A stretch of 64,000 nucleotides of DNA. Source: the human T2T-CHM13v2.0 reference genome, Homo sapiens. Positions within the stretch are counted from its first letter, which is position 1. Every line of letters starts with the position of its first letter. Position numbers and translations under genes: made by a program. Below, piece by piece: positions 42,904-59,042 of this stretch. The notes beneath the pieces were generated by a model. It saw only the letters and a program-made list of their open reading frames with translations. It searched no databases and had not been told where the DNA came from. The stretch lies in the NCBI RefSeq assembly GCF_009914755.1, contig NC_060932.1, one strand, 5' to 3'.

Positions 42904-43636
42904 TCAAAATACATTTAATAGAGCAAGCATGAGCCACTATGCCCAGCCTCAAAATACATTTAATAAACCAATGGAATTTGAGGTAATGATGAAAGACACA
43001 TGTCAAGGATCATTCCTGTGTTGTTGGCATAAGCAACAGGGATGAAAAGCATTGAGGAAGAGCAAGATTTTGGGATGCGTTGTCACACAGTTGATTTTAG
43101 GTATGTTAAGGGAGGGAGACCTGTAAGACAGCAAAGTGGAGGTGGTGCAAGAATTAGTTGTGTTGGCTGTAGCACAGAGGACAGTTTGAGTTAAGAGAGT
43201 TGGGACTGAGAATCCCGAGGAACTCTTAGTGTTGAACATTTGCGTGGAGGAGGGGACACCAAAGGAGTTGCCATAGACATCGAGGAAATTAGGAGGTGTG
43301 GTGTGCAGAAAGCCAAGTGAAGAACATGTTTTAAGTAGGAGGATGCTATCAACTGTTTTAAATTCTGCTGAGAGTTTGAGAAACTGAGGACTTAGAATTC
43401 ATCATTAGATTTGGCAATGCGCCAATCATTTGTAATCTTTTAAACAATAGTTTTGCTGTACTGGGTAGCAAAAGAGTGATTTGAGGAGTGGTCATTTGGA
43501 GCATATGCTATTCAAACAGAGAAGAGTCCACGGGCTTTGGTAACATGAAGGTCCTATAACCATAGCAAGAGAATGAGGTGGGTGGAAGTCATATTAACGT
43601 GAATAGAGGAGTAGGTTAGATCTGAGGAATGTGGGA

Positions 43637-43748
43637 ACAGAGACAGGGTCTCATTATGTTGCCCAGCCTGGCTCAGACTCGTGGCCTCAAGCGATCCTCC
43701 TGCCTCAGCCTCCTGAATACCTCGGGTTTCAGGCCTCTGCATCTGGCT
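43637..43748 (-). mobile_element. Alu monomer fragment (FLAM-like)
   Basis: agagacagggtctcattatgttgcccagcctgg...ctcaagcgatcctcctgcctcagcctcc. Confidence 0.8.
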
Positions 43749-44999
43749 TGAAAACAACATTTTCTCAGAAGCTTGTTTTAGTTGTTTTAGAAATAACGAA
43801 GGCATGTGTAAACAACTGTTCTAGAAGCTTAGTTTGGAAAGGGAACGTTTATTGATGCATATAACACTTATATGTTGGGTGCTTATGTGTCAGGCACTGT
43901 TAGAGTTGCTCGGGAAAATTTACAAACCAAGCAAACCATGCCCCTTCATTTCCTTTGGGTGAAGTGAGGGAGCCATGTGGTTATCTGAAGGAAGAGCTTA
44001 GCAGGATTAGAGGGAAGAAAGTGCAAAGCCTCCTAGGGTGATTGGCTGGCTCTTTTGGAGGAACAGTACCTATAACTGAATGAAATGAGTGAGGGTAAGA
44101 GTGGCAGGAAATGAGGCTAGAAAAGGAGCTTGGGCCATATCACGTAGGGCCTCGTAGGCTGTGAATCTGACTTCATTTCTTATTAATGAAAATAAATACG
44201 ATGATGGGTGATGGGAAACCCATAGAGGATTTGGAGCAGAAGAATGATATAATTAAAATTTTATTTTAGAAATATTTTTCTGGTTGTCGTAAGAGGAAAA
44301 ATATTTAGCCCCAGGGCATTTTGGCAGAGAGTTAGGAGGCTATTGTAACAGCCCAAGCAATAGACAATAATTGTTTGGATTAGGCGGGTAGCAATAGAGG
44401 TGATGAGAAGTCGTAGCTTCTGTAGGTATTTGGAAGATATATATTGTGAAGGATTTGCTGATGAATTCCCTGTAAGGGGTGAGATGTAAAGATTCATAGA
44501 ACATTAAGATATTTTGGTCAGATCATCTGATCAATGGAAAGGTCAGTTATAGTGGACAGATTATGAGAAGAACAGGTTTGGGTGAGAAAACTTTAGATTT
44601 CAGTGTTGGATATCCTAAGTTTTAGATGATTATTGATATCCAAGAGATATCAATATTTGGGATCAATTTGGGAAATATGATCCCAAAGTTCAAGGTTGAG
44701 GTTGGAGATGTAATTCAGATCCGATGGTAGTTAAAGCAGTGAGACTGAATGAGATAAAATAGGGAGTGAATGAAATAAAGAGTAGGTGTGATATTGACCT
44801 CAAGGGCACACCAGCATTTAGAGGTTGGGAAGATGAGGAGAGAGCAGCAAAGAGGACTGGGAGGGCCACTAATGAAGGAGGGAAGTACAGGAGGTGTTTA
44901 GTTCTGAAGCCACCTGAAGAAAATGTTTGGAATAGGAAGAAGTTGTCAGTTGCTTTAAATCATTCGGGGAGGTTGAGTGAGATGAGAGTCTAGAACTAA

Positions 45000-45346
<347 letters not shown>

Positions 45347-46520
45347 CAAGAGTAACCTTTTCAAAAGCAGCTTTGCTCTACTGATTTGGGTAAAAGCTTA
45401 GTTGCAGTTGGTTTGGGAGGAAATGGGAGCAGAAAATTTGAGAGAGTGAGTGTAGACAACTCTTTCAAGGAATTTCGCTATAAATGGGAGTAGAGATCTG
45501 AAGACTGAATAATTAGCAAACTGAAAAGTGGGAAGACGTAATTCTCTTATTATTTCATTTTTCTTAGTGAAATAAGAGGTGAAGTTCTCTGAGTAATAGG
45601 AGGGTCAAACAGGTGTTAGAAGTTCACAAAGAAAGGAAGAGGTTTGAAATAGTCATTTTGAGAGTGGGAAATGTAGAAGAATTAACAGTCATTGCTGAGG
45701 GTGCGTTTGAAATCTGTCATGAGTTTAAAATAACTTGTGTCATCATCGATGTGTTTATTTTCAACTATATTCAACTGCTTGGGTGTAGGCATCAGGTAGG
45801 TAAAAAAAGTGGGTTTTATTATGAGTAGAGGTTTTGCCACGTAATTACCATGGAGGGAGGGAAGAGCAAAGGAGTTGAGAGTATAGATACAAAGGAATGA
45901 TTACTGTAATGTGGGTAAGAGAGGAATGGAAGGCTCAGTGGGCAGTGGGAGTAGGGATGTTGATAGGTAAGGAAAAGGTGATAGGATCAATGCATTTGGT
46001 TCTGCAAGTGTCAAAGTATTGTTGGGGAAAGCATGCTGGAAGGAAAGATAGGGATGCTGGTGTTCTCAGGGTGGAAGGCTTACAGTTGTAGTCTGGAAGT
46101 GGTGATTTTATTGGCAATTATAAGGTCAACGGTATGACTATGGAATTGAGTGGCTAAGGTCTGTTGAAGAAAAGATTGTCGGAAATGCAGGGGTCAAGGA
46201 ACTGGCCTGTGGATGTTGAACTCACTGGCAGTGATCAAGGAATAGTAGTGGAGTGAAAGTAGTTAATGAATCAGGCACTAAGATCTCCAAGGGATGAAAG
46301 GATGCAGTTTGGAGATGACAAGATAACTGTAGTAATCAGGAATAGCAGGTTTTGTAGCTCTGTCTCATAGGCCTCAGAGGAGATGGGCTTTTGAAGGACA
46401 AGAGAAATGATGATGAATAAATTCTAAGCAGGGGAAGTGTTTGGGAAAGCAGGGCAGGCTTTGTGCTGTTGATGGCAAATGATGTACCAGACAGGATGAA
46501 GTTGAGAATTTGGAAGTTGA

Positions 46521-46870
<350 letters not shown>

Positions 46871-47278
46871 TTATTTTGGTGCTGACTGGGAATGAAGGCA
46901 ATGAGGGATGACTGTTGGAGAAGGCTGTGCTTACTAAACAGTATTATTAAGTAGCAGCATACATGGTGTTATACTGACTTCTGATTTTGCAATAGTACAG
47001 ACAGGTTCAGATTCTCATTTCCACCTTCTCCTTCTGCCTAGGTGAATAACTGCTGGGTTATAGTACAGATGACTGCAGATCATTTGGAATTTACTTTAAA
47101 TGTAAACAGTAAAAATTTGAAAGAGAGGGAAAGTGATTGAGGCAATTTGGGGATTGAATAAGAAGGTCTTTTTGTTGGAATTCATTTAAGGAAAGAAAAT
47201 GAAAATTTGATCCCTAATATTATTTAATGAAGTGGCTAAATGAATATCTCTGCTTTGTGGTTTGAAAATTAATATTGA

Positions 47279-47497
<219 letters not shown>

Positions 47498-48303
47498 TAA
47501 GGCTGACTCATAGAAATTTGCTTGAATACACACACACAGACTGATGCATAAATTTGAGAAATATCTTTCCAGTTGTTGAATAGTGAATCCAAAGGTTTAA
47601 GCCTTTTCTGTCTGCTTTGTAGGATGTTTTATGAAACAAAGGAATAGAAATTGTATTCATATTATACATTTTGAAATTATATCTATATTATATTTTTTGT
47701 CAAAGCAAAATAAATTATACATTAAGGAAAATATTTAAGATTCAAAGTTGTCATTTTCTTTCTGTTAATGAGTATCTTTGATTTAATAACATTTATAGTT
47801 TGGTCACTTGAAATCTATAGTGACCAAAAGCAATGTCATATTTAGTAGCCTCATTTCTGTTACTATCTGATTATTACTTAAGAATTCTACTTAATTAATA
47901 GATTATTAGAACAAAAGGCATTCCAATTTTAGAGATTCTTTTATGGTTAAAGCACTAGGTAACTTAAAAAATTTGGATCAAATGTTATACAGATTAATAG
48001 ACCTTGGAATACAGGGGCTATGTCTTTTTGGAATCAGACCTTGTCCTGGCCTTAATTGCAGGATGACTTCCTTATTAAATCTCTAAAAGCAGGAATGCTC
48101 TGGAACAATGAACAATTAGAATGTGGTAATGTAATTTTGGGCCAAAAAATACTTTGTAGAAATGTGATTCTCTTACTTGGAATAGAAAGAATTCTGACTC
48201 GAAAAAGTGCAGTTAATGTATGCTTTTCTGGGTAAGATTTGTGATAGATTTTGATTGAGATTTAAAACCATGATATATAAATTTAGCTTTTTTGTCAAAG
48301 TAA

Positions 48304-48663
<360 letters not shown>

Positions 48664-48856
48664 TGAAAGATGAACTTTAAAATGGGGAAGGATACTAGTA
48701 AAGCCATTTCTTACTCATGTATACATTTTTCCCTCCATGAAATTAGAGCAGCCACCTTTTACATGACTTTTACATGCATTTCAGATTTTTGTACTAGCAA
48801 TTAAAATATCTACTGGATGTAAATCACATGTGCTTAATGCTTTGCTTCATAATATC

Positions 48857-49307
48857 TGTTGAAGTCAATTAAAATATAGAGACAGATCTTTAAATTGAAC
48901 ATGTTTTATTTGGGAAGCAAGAATTAAATTTGAGGCATATACACAGACTGGGTGTCCTTGGTATCTCTGAAGAACAAAGAGAAGTTTGGAGGTTATAGAA
49001 AAAGGAAAATGTGACATTGTTTTTCCAGAAAGTTCTTTGGCACTAGTAAATTTTGGGGAGTTGGAAGCTCTGATGGGTTAGTGACTGTGGTGGGTAAAAC
49101 TAGTCTTAGAGTCACAACAGGTTGTTTCAGTATCTATTAGATAAAACAGGTTTTAGGTTACAATAGGCAGTTTCAGCAGCTAGGCTTGCAGAAAATTACA
49201 TTCTTAGAGTAATGTTATGTGCCTTGAGTGCTTTTTTCCCCTTGGCCCTTGACTCTGATTTAGTTGGGTATGACAAGAATTATCAATTTATATAATTACT
49301 TTTTACA
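48857..49307. mobile_element. ERV1-class (MER4-group) solo LTR
   Basis: TG...CA ends, ~450 nt, degenerate 4-bp TSD tatc/tatt. Text resembles MER4-group LTRs from recall; exact family uncertain. Confidence 0.55.
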
Positions 49308-50994
49308 TATTGAAGCTGAATAGGTTTTCTTAAAACTTGGAAATGGGAAATACTGGGTCTTGTGAAGTTTTAGTGTGAAAACGATAACTAGTCTCTTATT
49401 TCATGCTCTTTGTAACAAGTCTACAGTAATACCTAATGTATCTAGATGACACCTCAGAACCAGGAGGGAACAAAAAAGACCTCTGAGCAGTCAAAATAAT
49501 GCTATAAGCATGTATTCCAGCTTACTTTCGGCATTTCTGTGGAGTGCAGGAGGCCACATTTTGTTCATAGATCCAGTTTGACAAGCTTGGGTACTGAGTT
49601 AAAGTGAAAATGGTGTAAATAAGTAATCATATTCACATGACAGTAGGTGGAAGTGACAGCTGACAATCTGAAAGAGTGGACAAAACTATAAAAATTAGAA
49701 CTAAGAACTCTTAAAATAGAACGGTTTGAAGTTTGTTACAGAAGGGAGCAGCTTTATGCTTCAGTGGACTCTGAAGGTATTGGCAGTGTATAGTACTGCT
49801 TAGTCATTGATTTAAATTCGGTATATATCTCTTCTATTGCTGTCATGTACTTGACATTCTGCTGGGTGCTAAGGCTGTCTGCAGGCTACTAATATGCATA
49901 ATAACAATCCTGAAAAAGAAGGAAAAGTATACTGTGCCTTACTGAAGAAGGCAGGACAGCCGTTGGTATTTGTTAGAGTAAATATTAGTTATCTTACATA
50001 AAGCATGTTATATTCCCTGATGTCAGGGCCTGATAAATGAGCCCTTACACTCTTGATAGTCAATCTGTGCCACTGTTGCTGTGTTTGTATGTTACACCAT
50101 TTCCTGTCCATGTAACAGTTAAACTGTATCACATATCTGTTCCTACTAAACTATTTGCATATAATTTTAACATTTGAGTGGCTGTATATAAAGCTAAAAG
50201 TTCTTTATAAGATTTATAGCATCTTAGAATGTTTAAATTAGATAACATTAGTGTGCTTTTAGTTTTTGAATTTAATTTTGCTCTTGATTTTGTTTGTGTT
50301 AATGTAGACTTTGTCTACGTAAGCTTGAGCCCAACTTTGGAGTGGTGTTTTCAGTGATGGAAGTAACTGGAAATAACTCATGAAACCACTTAGTACTTTT
50401 GATAGTTTATTCCCATGAAGGATCAAATTTTTACTTGAGTCATTAATATAAAAATTTAAAAGACATGTCAGATTTTATTAAGCATGGATTTTAAATATAT
50501 AAATATTAGAAGACCTAAACAAAATCGCTAATGAAAGAGTAAAACATGTCCCTGCCTATCATACTCCCTTCACTTTCACTGATTTCTGCTTTTATGAAGT
50601 ACTTTAATAAGCTCTACAACAAATAAACAAGACATTGTGCCTCATTTTACACTCTAGCAGTGGTTTTCCATTCCAACTAACTAGATTGGGTTTATAATAT
50701 AGTCATTTAAACTTACTTAGTTAAAATGTTATACATTAGCAACTGCAATTAAGGAGCTAAGAAATTCAGCTCGTATTTATTTATATGCATCTTATCCATA
50801 GTTTCTCACTTGTTATATTTGCCTACTGATGGCAAATTGATTTTTTCTGTTCCAAAAATGTAGTGTTTTGAGATTTTTGGAGATGCAAAACAGCATCATT
50901 TTCAAATTAGATCACAAACAATCTTACTTGTTGCAGTTGAGACTAGTAATTGATCAGTGAGGTGAAAAAATTAGGCAAAACGGTATCATCAAAA

Positions 50995-51302
50995 TTTTCT
51001 TTCTTTTTTTTTTTGAAACAGAGTATTGCTCTTGTCGCCCAGGCTGGAGTGCAATGGCACGATCTCAGCTCAGCTCACTGGGGCCCCTACCTACGGGATT
51101 CAAGGGATTCTCCTGCCTCAGCCTCCTGAGTAGCTGAGATTACAGGCGCATGCCACCAAGCCCAGCTAATTTTTGTATTTTTAGTAGAGACAGGGTTTTG
51201 CCATGTTGGCCAGGCTGGTCTGGAACTTCAGACCTCAAGTGATTCACCTGCCTCAGCCTCCCAAAGTGCTGGGATTACAGGCATGAACCACCGTGCCCGC
51301 CC
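50995..51302 (-). mobile_element. Alu (AluS)
   Basis: Antisense Alu; TSD aaattttctttt. Confidence 0.94.
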
Positions 51303-51917
51303 CAAATTTTCTTTTAACTTAAAGTGTTAATGTTTGTTTGTTCCCAATATTTTTATATATGTCAAGGCTTTTTCATTATATACAGGCCAGCTCTTTGGAG
51401 TTCTGCATAGTGTTTCTTGTTTAAACCACACCTATAATGTACCATCTACAATTTCCAATTCTTTAAGACAGAGTGAAAAATTAAGACACCTGAAGCAATC
51501 TGAGTGCGGAGTCCTAGGCATTATGATTTTCCTTGACACTTTTAGGGTTCTTTTATCACAGTTTATCAAACACCTTTTTTTTTTTAACAAAAAACAAATT
51601 TACAAAATCTTTCCATGTATTCAACTTAGAATTTAATGAAATAGGGTTTTTTTTTTTTTGGTGGTCATGTATCATCAACTTTCTTTACATTTAATTAAAT
51701 TAATCAACAAAAAACATATAGTTGACATAAACAAATTTGGGACCAAGCACTACTGACTCTTAGTAAACATACAAGTCAACTGTTGGTGCAGAAGTGCCTT
51801 GATGCTAGAGAGTAGCCTGCAAGCTGTAATTATATATGGGCATTAGGGAATGAAGAACAGCCTTAATACTATTGATCTTTTAAGTGAAGGTCAGCTTAGA
51901 AAGCTTTTACTTGTTAA

Positions 51918-52445
<528 letters not shown>

Positions 52446-52454
52446 TAGTTATTA

Positions 52455-52675
52455 GTAGGTTCTGGCAGACTTTATTCCCGTAAAGAGACAGATAGTAAAT
52501 ATTTTAGGCTTTGTGGGACATACAGTCTCTGTTGCAGTAACTCAGTTCTGTTATTGTAGTGTGAAAGCAGCCACAGACAAATGTAAACAAATGTGCCTGT
52601 CTTTCAATAAAACTTTATCTACAAATACAGATAGTGGGCCACATTTGGCTTGCGAGCTGTAGTTTGCTGTTCCTG
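52455..52675. mobile_element. MER58A hAT DNA transposon just downstream of exon 9
   Basis: cagatagtaaatattttaggctttgtggg...aataaaactttat...gggccacatttggc...tagtttgc. Confidence 0.8.
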
Positions 52676-52875
52676 ACTTAGTATGATATGCAGCATTGTG
52701 TAGTGGAAAGATTTTATAGTATCAACAGACATTTGTAGGAGTTTGCTATTTTATAATTTCGTATGCTTTTTTCATAATAGATGTCTCTGCTTTTTGTGGA
52801 TTCTCTTCATATCTACTAGTGTTTACTCTTCTGACTTTGATTTTTGGGGGTGTATTTTATTTCTTTATACAGAAT

Positions 52876-53183
52876 TTTTTTCTTTTTTCTTTCTTTTTTT
52901 GAGACAAGGTTTTGCTGTGTCACCCCAGCTGGAGTGCAGTGGTGGGATCTTGGCCCCCTGCGGTCTTCAACTCCTGGGCTTAAGCGATCCTGTCACCTCA
53001 GCCTCCCTAGTAGCTGGGACCACAGGCCTGCACCACTACACTCAGCTAATTTTTGTATTTTTTGTAGAGATGGGGTTTCGCTCTGTTGCCCAGACTGGTC
53101 TCCAACTCCTGGACTCAAGTGATCCACCTGCCTTGGCCTCCCAAAGTGTTGGAATTATAGGTGTGAGTCACTGTGCCTGGCCC
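52876..53183 (-). mobile_element. Alu (AluJ-like)
   Basis: Antisense Alu; TSD cagaattt. Confidence 0.93.
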
Positions 53184-53683
53184 AGAATTTCTTTACTTGC
53201 TCATGTGAGAGAGTTTCTAATAAACTCCTGATGCTTTTGCTTGACACTATAGTTTTACTGTCATCTCAGAGTCAGATTTTTTCCTTAATTTCTTCATTAA
53301 ATTGATTTCTTAATTTCTCATTTGTTTTGCATTAGTTTACAAAATTACTTAAGATGCCTATATTCTCTGAAATTTTATATTTTATTTCACGATAAATAAG
53401 TTTAAAAAATTAGATTTGACCATTTAATTAGAGTTATTTCCCCATCATTTTTCTAATGGCAACAATAATTTTAGCATTTGAGCAATTCTCTGTATTTTGG
53501 TAACTATTAGTAATCACTTTTATCAGTATAAACATGCATTTCATTTTAAAATGGTTTTCAAAATATTCTCATACCAACCATTCATAAAAGATGTTCCCCT
53601 TCTGGGAAATATCAGTTTTTGCTAACATCTGCATTTCCCTTTGATTTTCTAGGAATTTCTTATTAGGTATACACTTTAAGTGA

Positions 53684-53945
<262 letters not shown>

Positions 53946-54799
53946 TTGGATTTCGTGATTTGACTGACATCTTTTACACCAATTATTGCCATTTTTTTAT
54001 TGGGTACTAATTATTAGTATTGCTTTCTTTATTCGTTAAATAAGAAGTAAAAGAACTTTTAAAAAATAAAATAACTTTTTTTCCTAGTACAAAGCTTATT
54101 TTCAATTTTTTTTATTGCTTAAATTTTGCAGGTTAATTAAGGCTGTACTTCTTTTTCCTACTTCCTGTTTAAATATTTGGCATTTTTTGAGGGTTTTCTT
54201 TCTATGGATTTTTGTGGGGGATCCCATCTCGTTGGACACTTGGTTCCTGGAGATTGCCAAATTATTGAAAAGTTTCCTCATACCCAAACATTGGCAATAG
54301 ACTGAATAAATAACATCTCTGACATTATTTTTCAATTATATAGAGAATGCTTTTTGTAAAATACTGATTTATTTAAAGATATTACAATCATAGTAGTTTT
54401 TTGCAATCTTTTTTAAATCAGTGGATGTCAAGGAACAACTATTGTTCTTTGTACGGCATTTTTCAACATTGTGAAGAGTTCTTATACTCAAAAAGTTTGG
54501 GAGACACAGTGTGACATTGTTTAACCTGAGTTGAACTTGTCATTTTGTATTCTTGTTTAGAGCAGGGATTTTATTTTGTCTCTTTATCTAACTTTGTATT
54601 CCTAACTATTTCTTTCTTTCTCTTTGGTTCTTTGTTTCTTTGTTCATTCTTCTCTCTCTCCCTTTTTTATCTATCATATAAATATGTAAATATATATTAT
54701 ATATCCATTAGGGAAGAGGAAGTTGTCTAAAGATATCTAGTATATAGGAGCTTTGTTCTGCAGAAAAGAGGATATGAAGTCAATTATATTGGAAATTAA

Positions 54800-54916
<117 letters not shown>

Positions 54917-55124
54917 TAAAAATATTACTTCAAGTTCTTTCCAAAGGACATTTAATTAAGTAAAATATTAACTAATTCTAAACTAGGTTCTACCACAATG
55001 AAATTGCTACTAATTATGTAACATTAGATTTCACATTTTCCAATTCATGTTTCTTTCATGTAGTCTATAAATAATGGGTTAGAGGTAATTTACTAATTTT
55101 AAATGTGCTTTCCTTGTTCCTTCT

Positions 55125-55420
55125 TATTTTTTATTTTGAAGACAGGGTCTCACTCTATCACCCAGGCTGGAGTGCAGTTGCTCCATCTCGGCTCACTGCA
55201 ACCTTCACCTCCTGGGCTCAAGTGATCCTCCTGCATAAGCCTCCCGAGTAGCTGGGATTATGGGCGTGCACCACCATGCCCGGCTAATTTTTATAGTTTT
55301 AGTAGAGACAGGGTCTCACCATGTTGTCCTTGCTGGTCTCGAACTCTTTACCTCAAGTAATCCACCCGCCTTGGCCTCCCAAAGTGCTGGGATTACAGGT
55401 GTGAGCCACCACACCTGGCC
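55125..55420 (-). mobile_element. Chimeric Alu at the duplication junction
   Basis: Left flank and tail-side arm match the Alu at 56591; right flank matches the Alu at 53725. Confidence 0.9.
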
Positions 55421-56272
55421 TTGGATTTCATGATTTGACTGACATCTTTTACACAAATTATTGCCATTTTTTTATTGGGTACCAATTATTAGTATTGTTT
55501 TCTTTATTCGTTAAATAAGAAGTAAAATAACTTTTTTTTAAAAAAAGAACTTTTTTCCTAGTAAAAAGCTTATTTTCAATTTTTTTATTGCTTAAATTTT
55601 GCAGGTTAATTAAGGCTGTGCTTCCTTTTCCTACTTTCTGTTTAAATGTTTGGCATTTTTTGAGGGTTTTCTTTCTATGGATTTTTGTGGGGGATCCCAT
55701 CTTGTTGGACACTTGGTTCCTGGAGATTGCCAAATTATTGAAAAGTTTCCTCATACCCAAACATTGGCAGTAGACTGAATAAATAACATCTCTGACACTA
55801 TTTTTCAATTATATAGAGAATGCTATTTGTAAAATACTGATTTATTTAAAGATATTACAGTCAGTAGTTTTTTGCAATCTTTTTAAAATCAGTGGATGTC
55901 AAAAACAGCTATTGTTCTTTGTACAGCATTTTTCAACATTGTGAAGAGTTCTTATACTCAAAAAGTTTGGGAGACACAGTTTGATATTGTTTAACCTGAG
56001 TTGAACTTGTCATTTTGTATTCTTGTTTAGAGCAGGGATTTTATTTTGTCTCTTTATCTAACTTTGTATTCCTATTTCTTTCTTTCTCTTTGGTTCTTTG
56101 TTTCTTTGTTCATTCTTCTCTCTCTCCCTTTTTTATCTATCATATAAATATGTAAATATATATTATATATCCATTAGGGAAGAGGAAGCTGTCTAAAGAT
56201 ATCTAGTATATAGGAGCTTTGTTCTGCAGAAAAGAGGATATGAAGTCAATTATATTGGAAATTAATGCTTAA

Positions 56273-56383
<111 letters not shown>

Positions 56384-56590
56384 TAAAAACATTACTTCAA
56401 GTTCTTTCCAAAGGACATTTAATTAAGTAAAATATTAACTAATTCTAAACCAGGTTCCACCACAATGAAATTGCTACTAATTATGTAACATTAGATTTCA
56501 CATTTTCCAATTCATGTTTCTTTTATGTAGTCTATGAATAATGGGTTAGAGGTAATATACTAATTTTAATTGTGCTTTCTTTGTTCCTTC

Positions 56591-56893
56591 TTTTTTTTTT
56601 TTTTATTTTGAGACAGGGTCTCACTCTGTCACCCAGGCTGGGGTGTAGTGGTGCCATCTTGGCTCACTGCAACCTTCACCTCCAGGGCTCAAGTGATTCT
56701 CCTGCATGAGCCTCCTGAGTAGCTGGGATTACAGGCGTGTGCCACCATACCCGGCTTATTTTTGTATTTTTTGTAGAGATGGGGTTTCACCATGTTGCCC
56801 AGGATGGTCTTAAACTCCTGGGCTCAAGTGATCTACTGGCCTCAGCCTCCCAGCGTGCTGGGGATTGCAGGTGTGAGCCGCCGCATCCAGCCC
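56591..56893 (-). mobile_element. AluJ-like (right boundary of the duplication)
   Basis: ttgtagagat...ctcctgggctcaagtgatc; TSD tgttccttct (56582, 56896). Confidence 0.93.
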
Positions 56894-57411
56894 TGTGTTC
56901 CTTCTTGTGTTACTTTCTTGTAATTTTTTCCTGGAATATGGGTAGTGATTTGGCTCTCCAGTATTGAAATTGAGTTTCCTTTCTTCCAATTCATGTGTAT
57001 CCATTTTTATTTGGAAGTTTTGTTTTTATACATTCAATAATCATCTTTACTTTCTTTGGTATTATTTACTATGGATATTTTATATTATATAATTTTCAAA
57101 TGGATTAAATGGTTCAGTTTTACTCTTATTATTGAGATTGAAAATACTAGTTTATAATTTATATATTTTCTATTCCTTTACCTCTAATTTCTTTGTCAGG
57201 TGTTACTAACCAAAGATGTATAATAAGAAAAGCCAATGTAGCTAAATTAAGTAAAAAATGAAGAAAAACACAGAAGTTCCCCATTATGCATTTTTTTATT
57301 CCTAATCTTTAGGTTGATGAGATTTTTTTATTTTTATGAAATGAGATTAATTTATTGACTTTTTTAGTTTTGAGGCCAAGTAATGAGTAGTGAGTAAGAA
57401 TGTATATTCTA

Positions 57412-57723
57412 GGGCCAGGCATGGTGGCTCACTCATGTAATCTCAGCACTTTGGGAGGCCGAGGCAGGAGGATCACTTCATTCCAGGAGTTTGAGACCAA
57501 CCTGGGCAACATGGCAAAACCCTCTCTCTCCAGAAAAATACAAGAATTGGCTGGGTGTGGTGGCATGTGCCTTTAGTCCCAGCTACTTGGGAGGCTGAGG
57601 TGGGAGGATCACCTGGGGAGCCTGGGGAGGTTGAGGCTGCAGTTAGCCATGACCATGCCACTGCACTCTAGCCTGGGTGACAGAGTGAGACCCTGTCTCA
57701 ATTAAAAAATTAAAAAAAAAAAA
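57412..57723 (+). mobile_element. Alu (AluJ-like)
   Basis: Sense Alu with ggaggatcact and an A tail. Confidence 0.94.
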
Positions 57724-57729
57724 GTAGAT

Positions 57730-57910
57730 TGTGAATTCAGATGTAGGTTTGTATCCCAGCTTTTCCAGTTAGTATCTGTGTGACTTTGGGGAAGTTTCTT
57801 AGCATCTTTGATACTCGGTTAACAGTTGTAATTATTATTTAAGGTATTGCTTGAGAAGAGCTTAGTATAGAGCCTGACATTTAGTAAGTGTTTAATACAT
57901 ATTAGCTAAC
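57730..57910. mobile_element. MIR SINE
   Basis: gtttgtatcccagct...tgtgtgactttggggaagtttctt...agagcctgacatttagtaagtgtttaatacatattagct. Confidence 0.65.
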
Positions 57911-58897
57911 AGTAAAACTAGAACATAAATACTGAATTGTATTTTGTTATTAATTATCCATTTCTCTGAGAAGTACTGTTCCAATAGTACATTTATAGGA
58001 AACTTGTGGACGTCTACAAACGTATACATTAAATCTCTTAGAAGGCAACCTGGATGCCCATATTAGAGAACTCTATTTTAAACATGCATTCTAAGTATGT
58101 TTGTGGACTTGAATAAAATAAAACAAACAGAAACACTTCTTTCTTCTGCCTTCAGGCTTGAAATGAACATACTTTTTTTTAAAAAAAAACCTTCAAAATG
58201 AAAATATTAAATAAAAGATTTAATAAAAAGAGAAAGTAAAAACTGTAGTTTAATAAAGTCTTCCTGTCTCTTCATAGTTAAAAAATGTTATAGATGAAAC
58301 AATTTTGAAATATTCTTGAAATAGATAATCTTTATTTAGGGGAGAATGTCAGATACTGTCAAGCCAAAATAAAAACAAATAACTTTATTTCATGTTTGTA
58401 AAATTCCTTTTCTAAAATGATTTGAATCTTTTGTTGTTTTGACAATTCCAAAACACATTTATTGTTTGCTCATAGTTTCAGCCTTATTCAGAAAGAATGC
58501 GACTGACACATGATATAGAGAAACTTGTTCCAAAAATAACATTAAAATCCACGTTTACTACTTGAGAATCGAAAATATTGAGGTGCAATAAAGAATAAAA
58601 TGTTTTAAATTATCCAAATTTAAAATTTATGATAGCTTTCCCCAGGGGCAGTTTATTATATGCTATTAATGAGCCTTGTTTATGCTGGAAATGTTCCATC
58701 TTTGGCCTTGCGCCTTAGAAACCATTCATGAGCACATATTTAAACCGGAGCACACATGTTCTTTTGTAGTATGGCTTGCACATCTGCCAGCTTTCGACAA
58801 AATTGTAGGCCCTGTTAATAATAGTCCTTTTGTGTTTGGTGAAAAAGATACGACACTGTCAGTGGTTTTGCTTTTAAGATTTCTTTTAAACTTTCAG

Positions 58898-59042
58898 TCT
58901 TTAGAAAACCTCAATAGTGGCACGGTAGAACCAACTCATTCTAAATGCTTAAAAATGGAAAGAAATCTGGGTCTTCCTACTAAAGAAGAAGAAGAAGATG
59001 ATGAAAATGAAGCTAATGAAGGGGAAGAAGATGATGATAAGG
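58898..59042 (+). CDS. WRN: WRN exon 12; [48 protein letters not shown]
   Basis: tcag| ... AGG|gtaagc, 145 nt. Confidence 0.95.
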
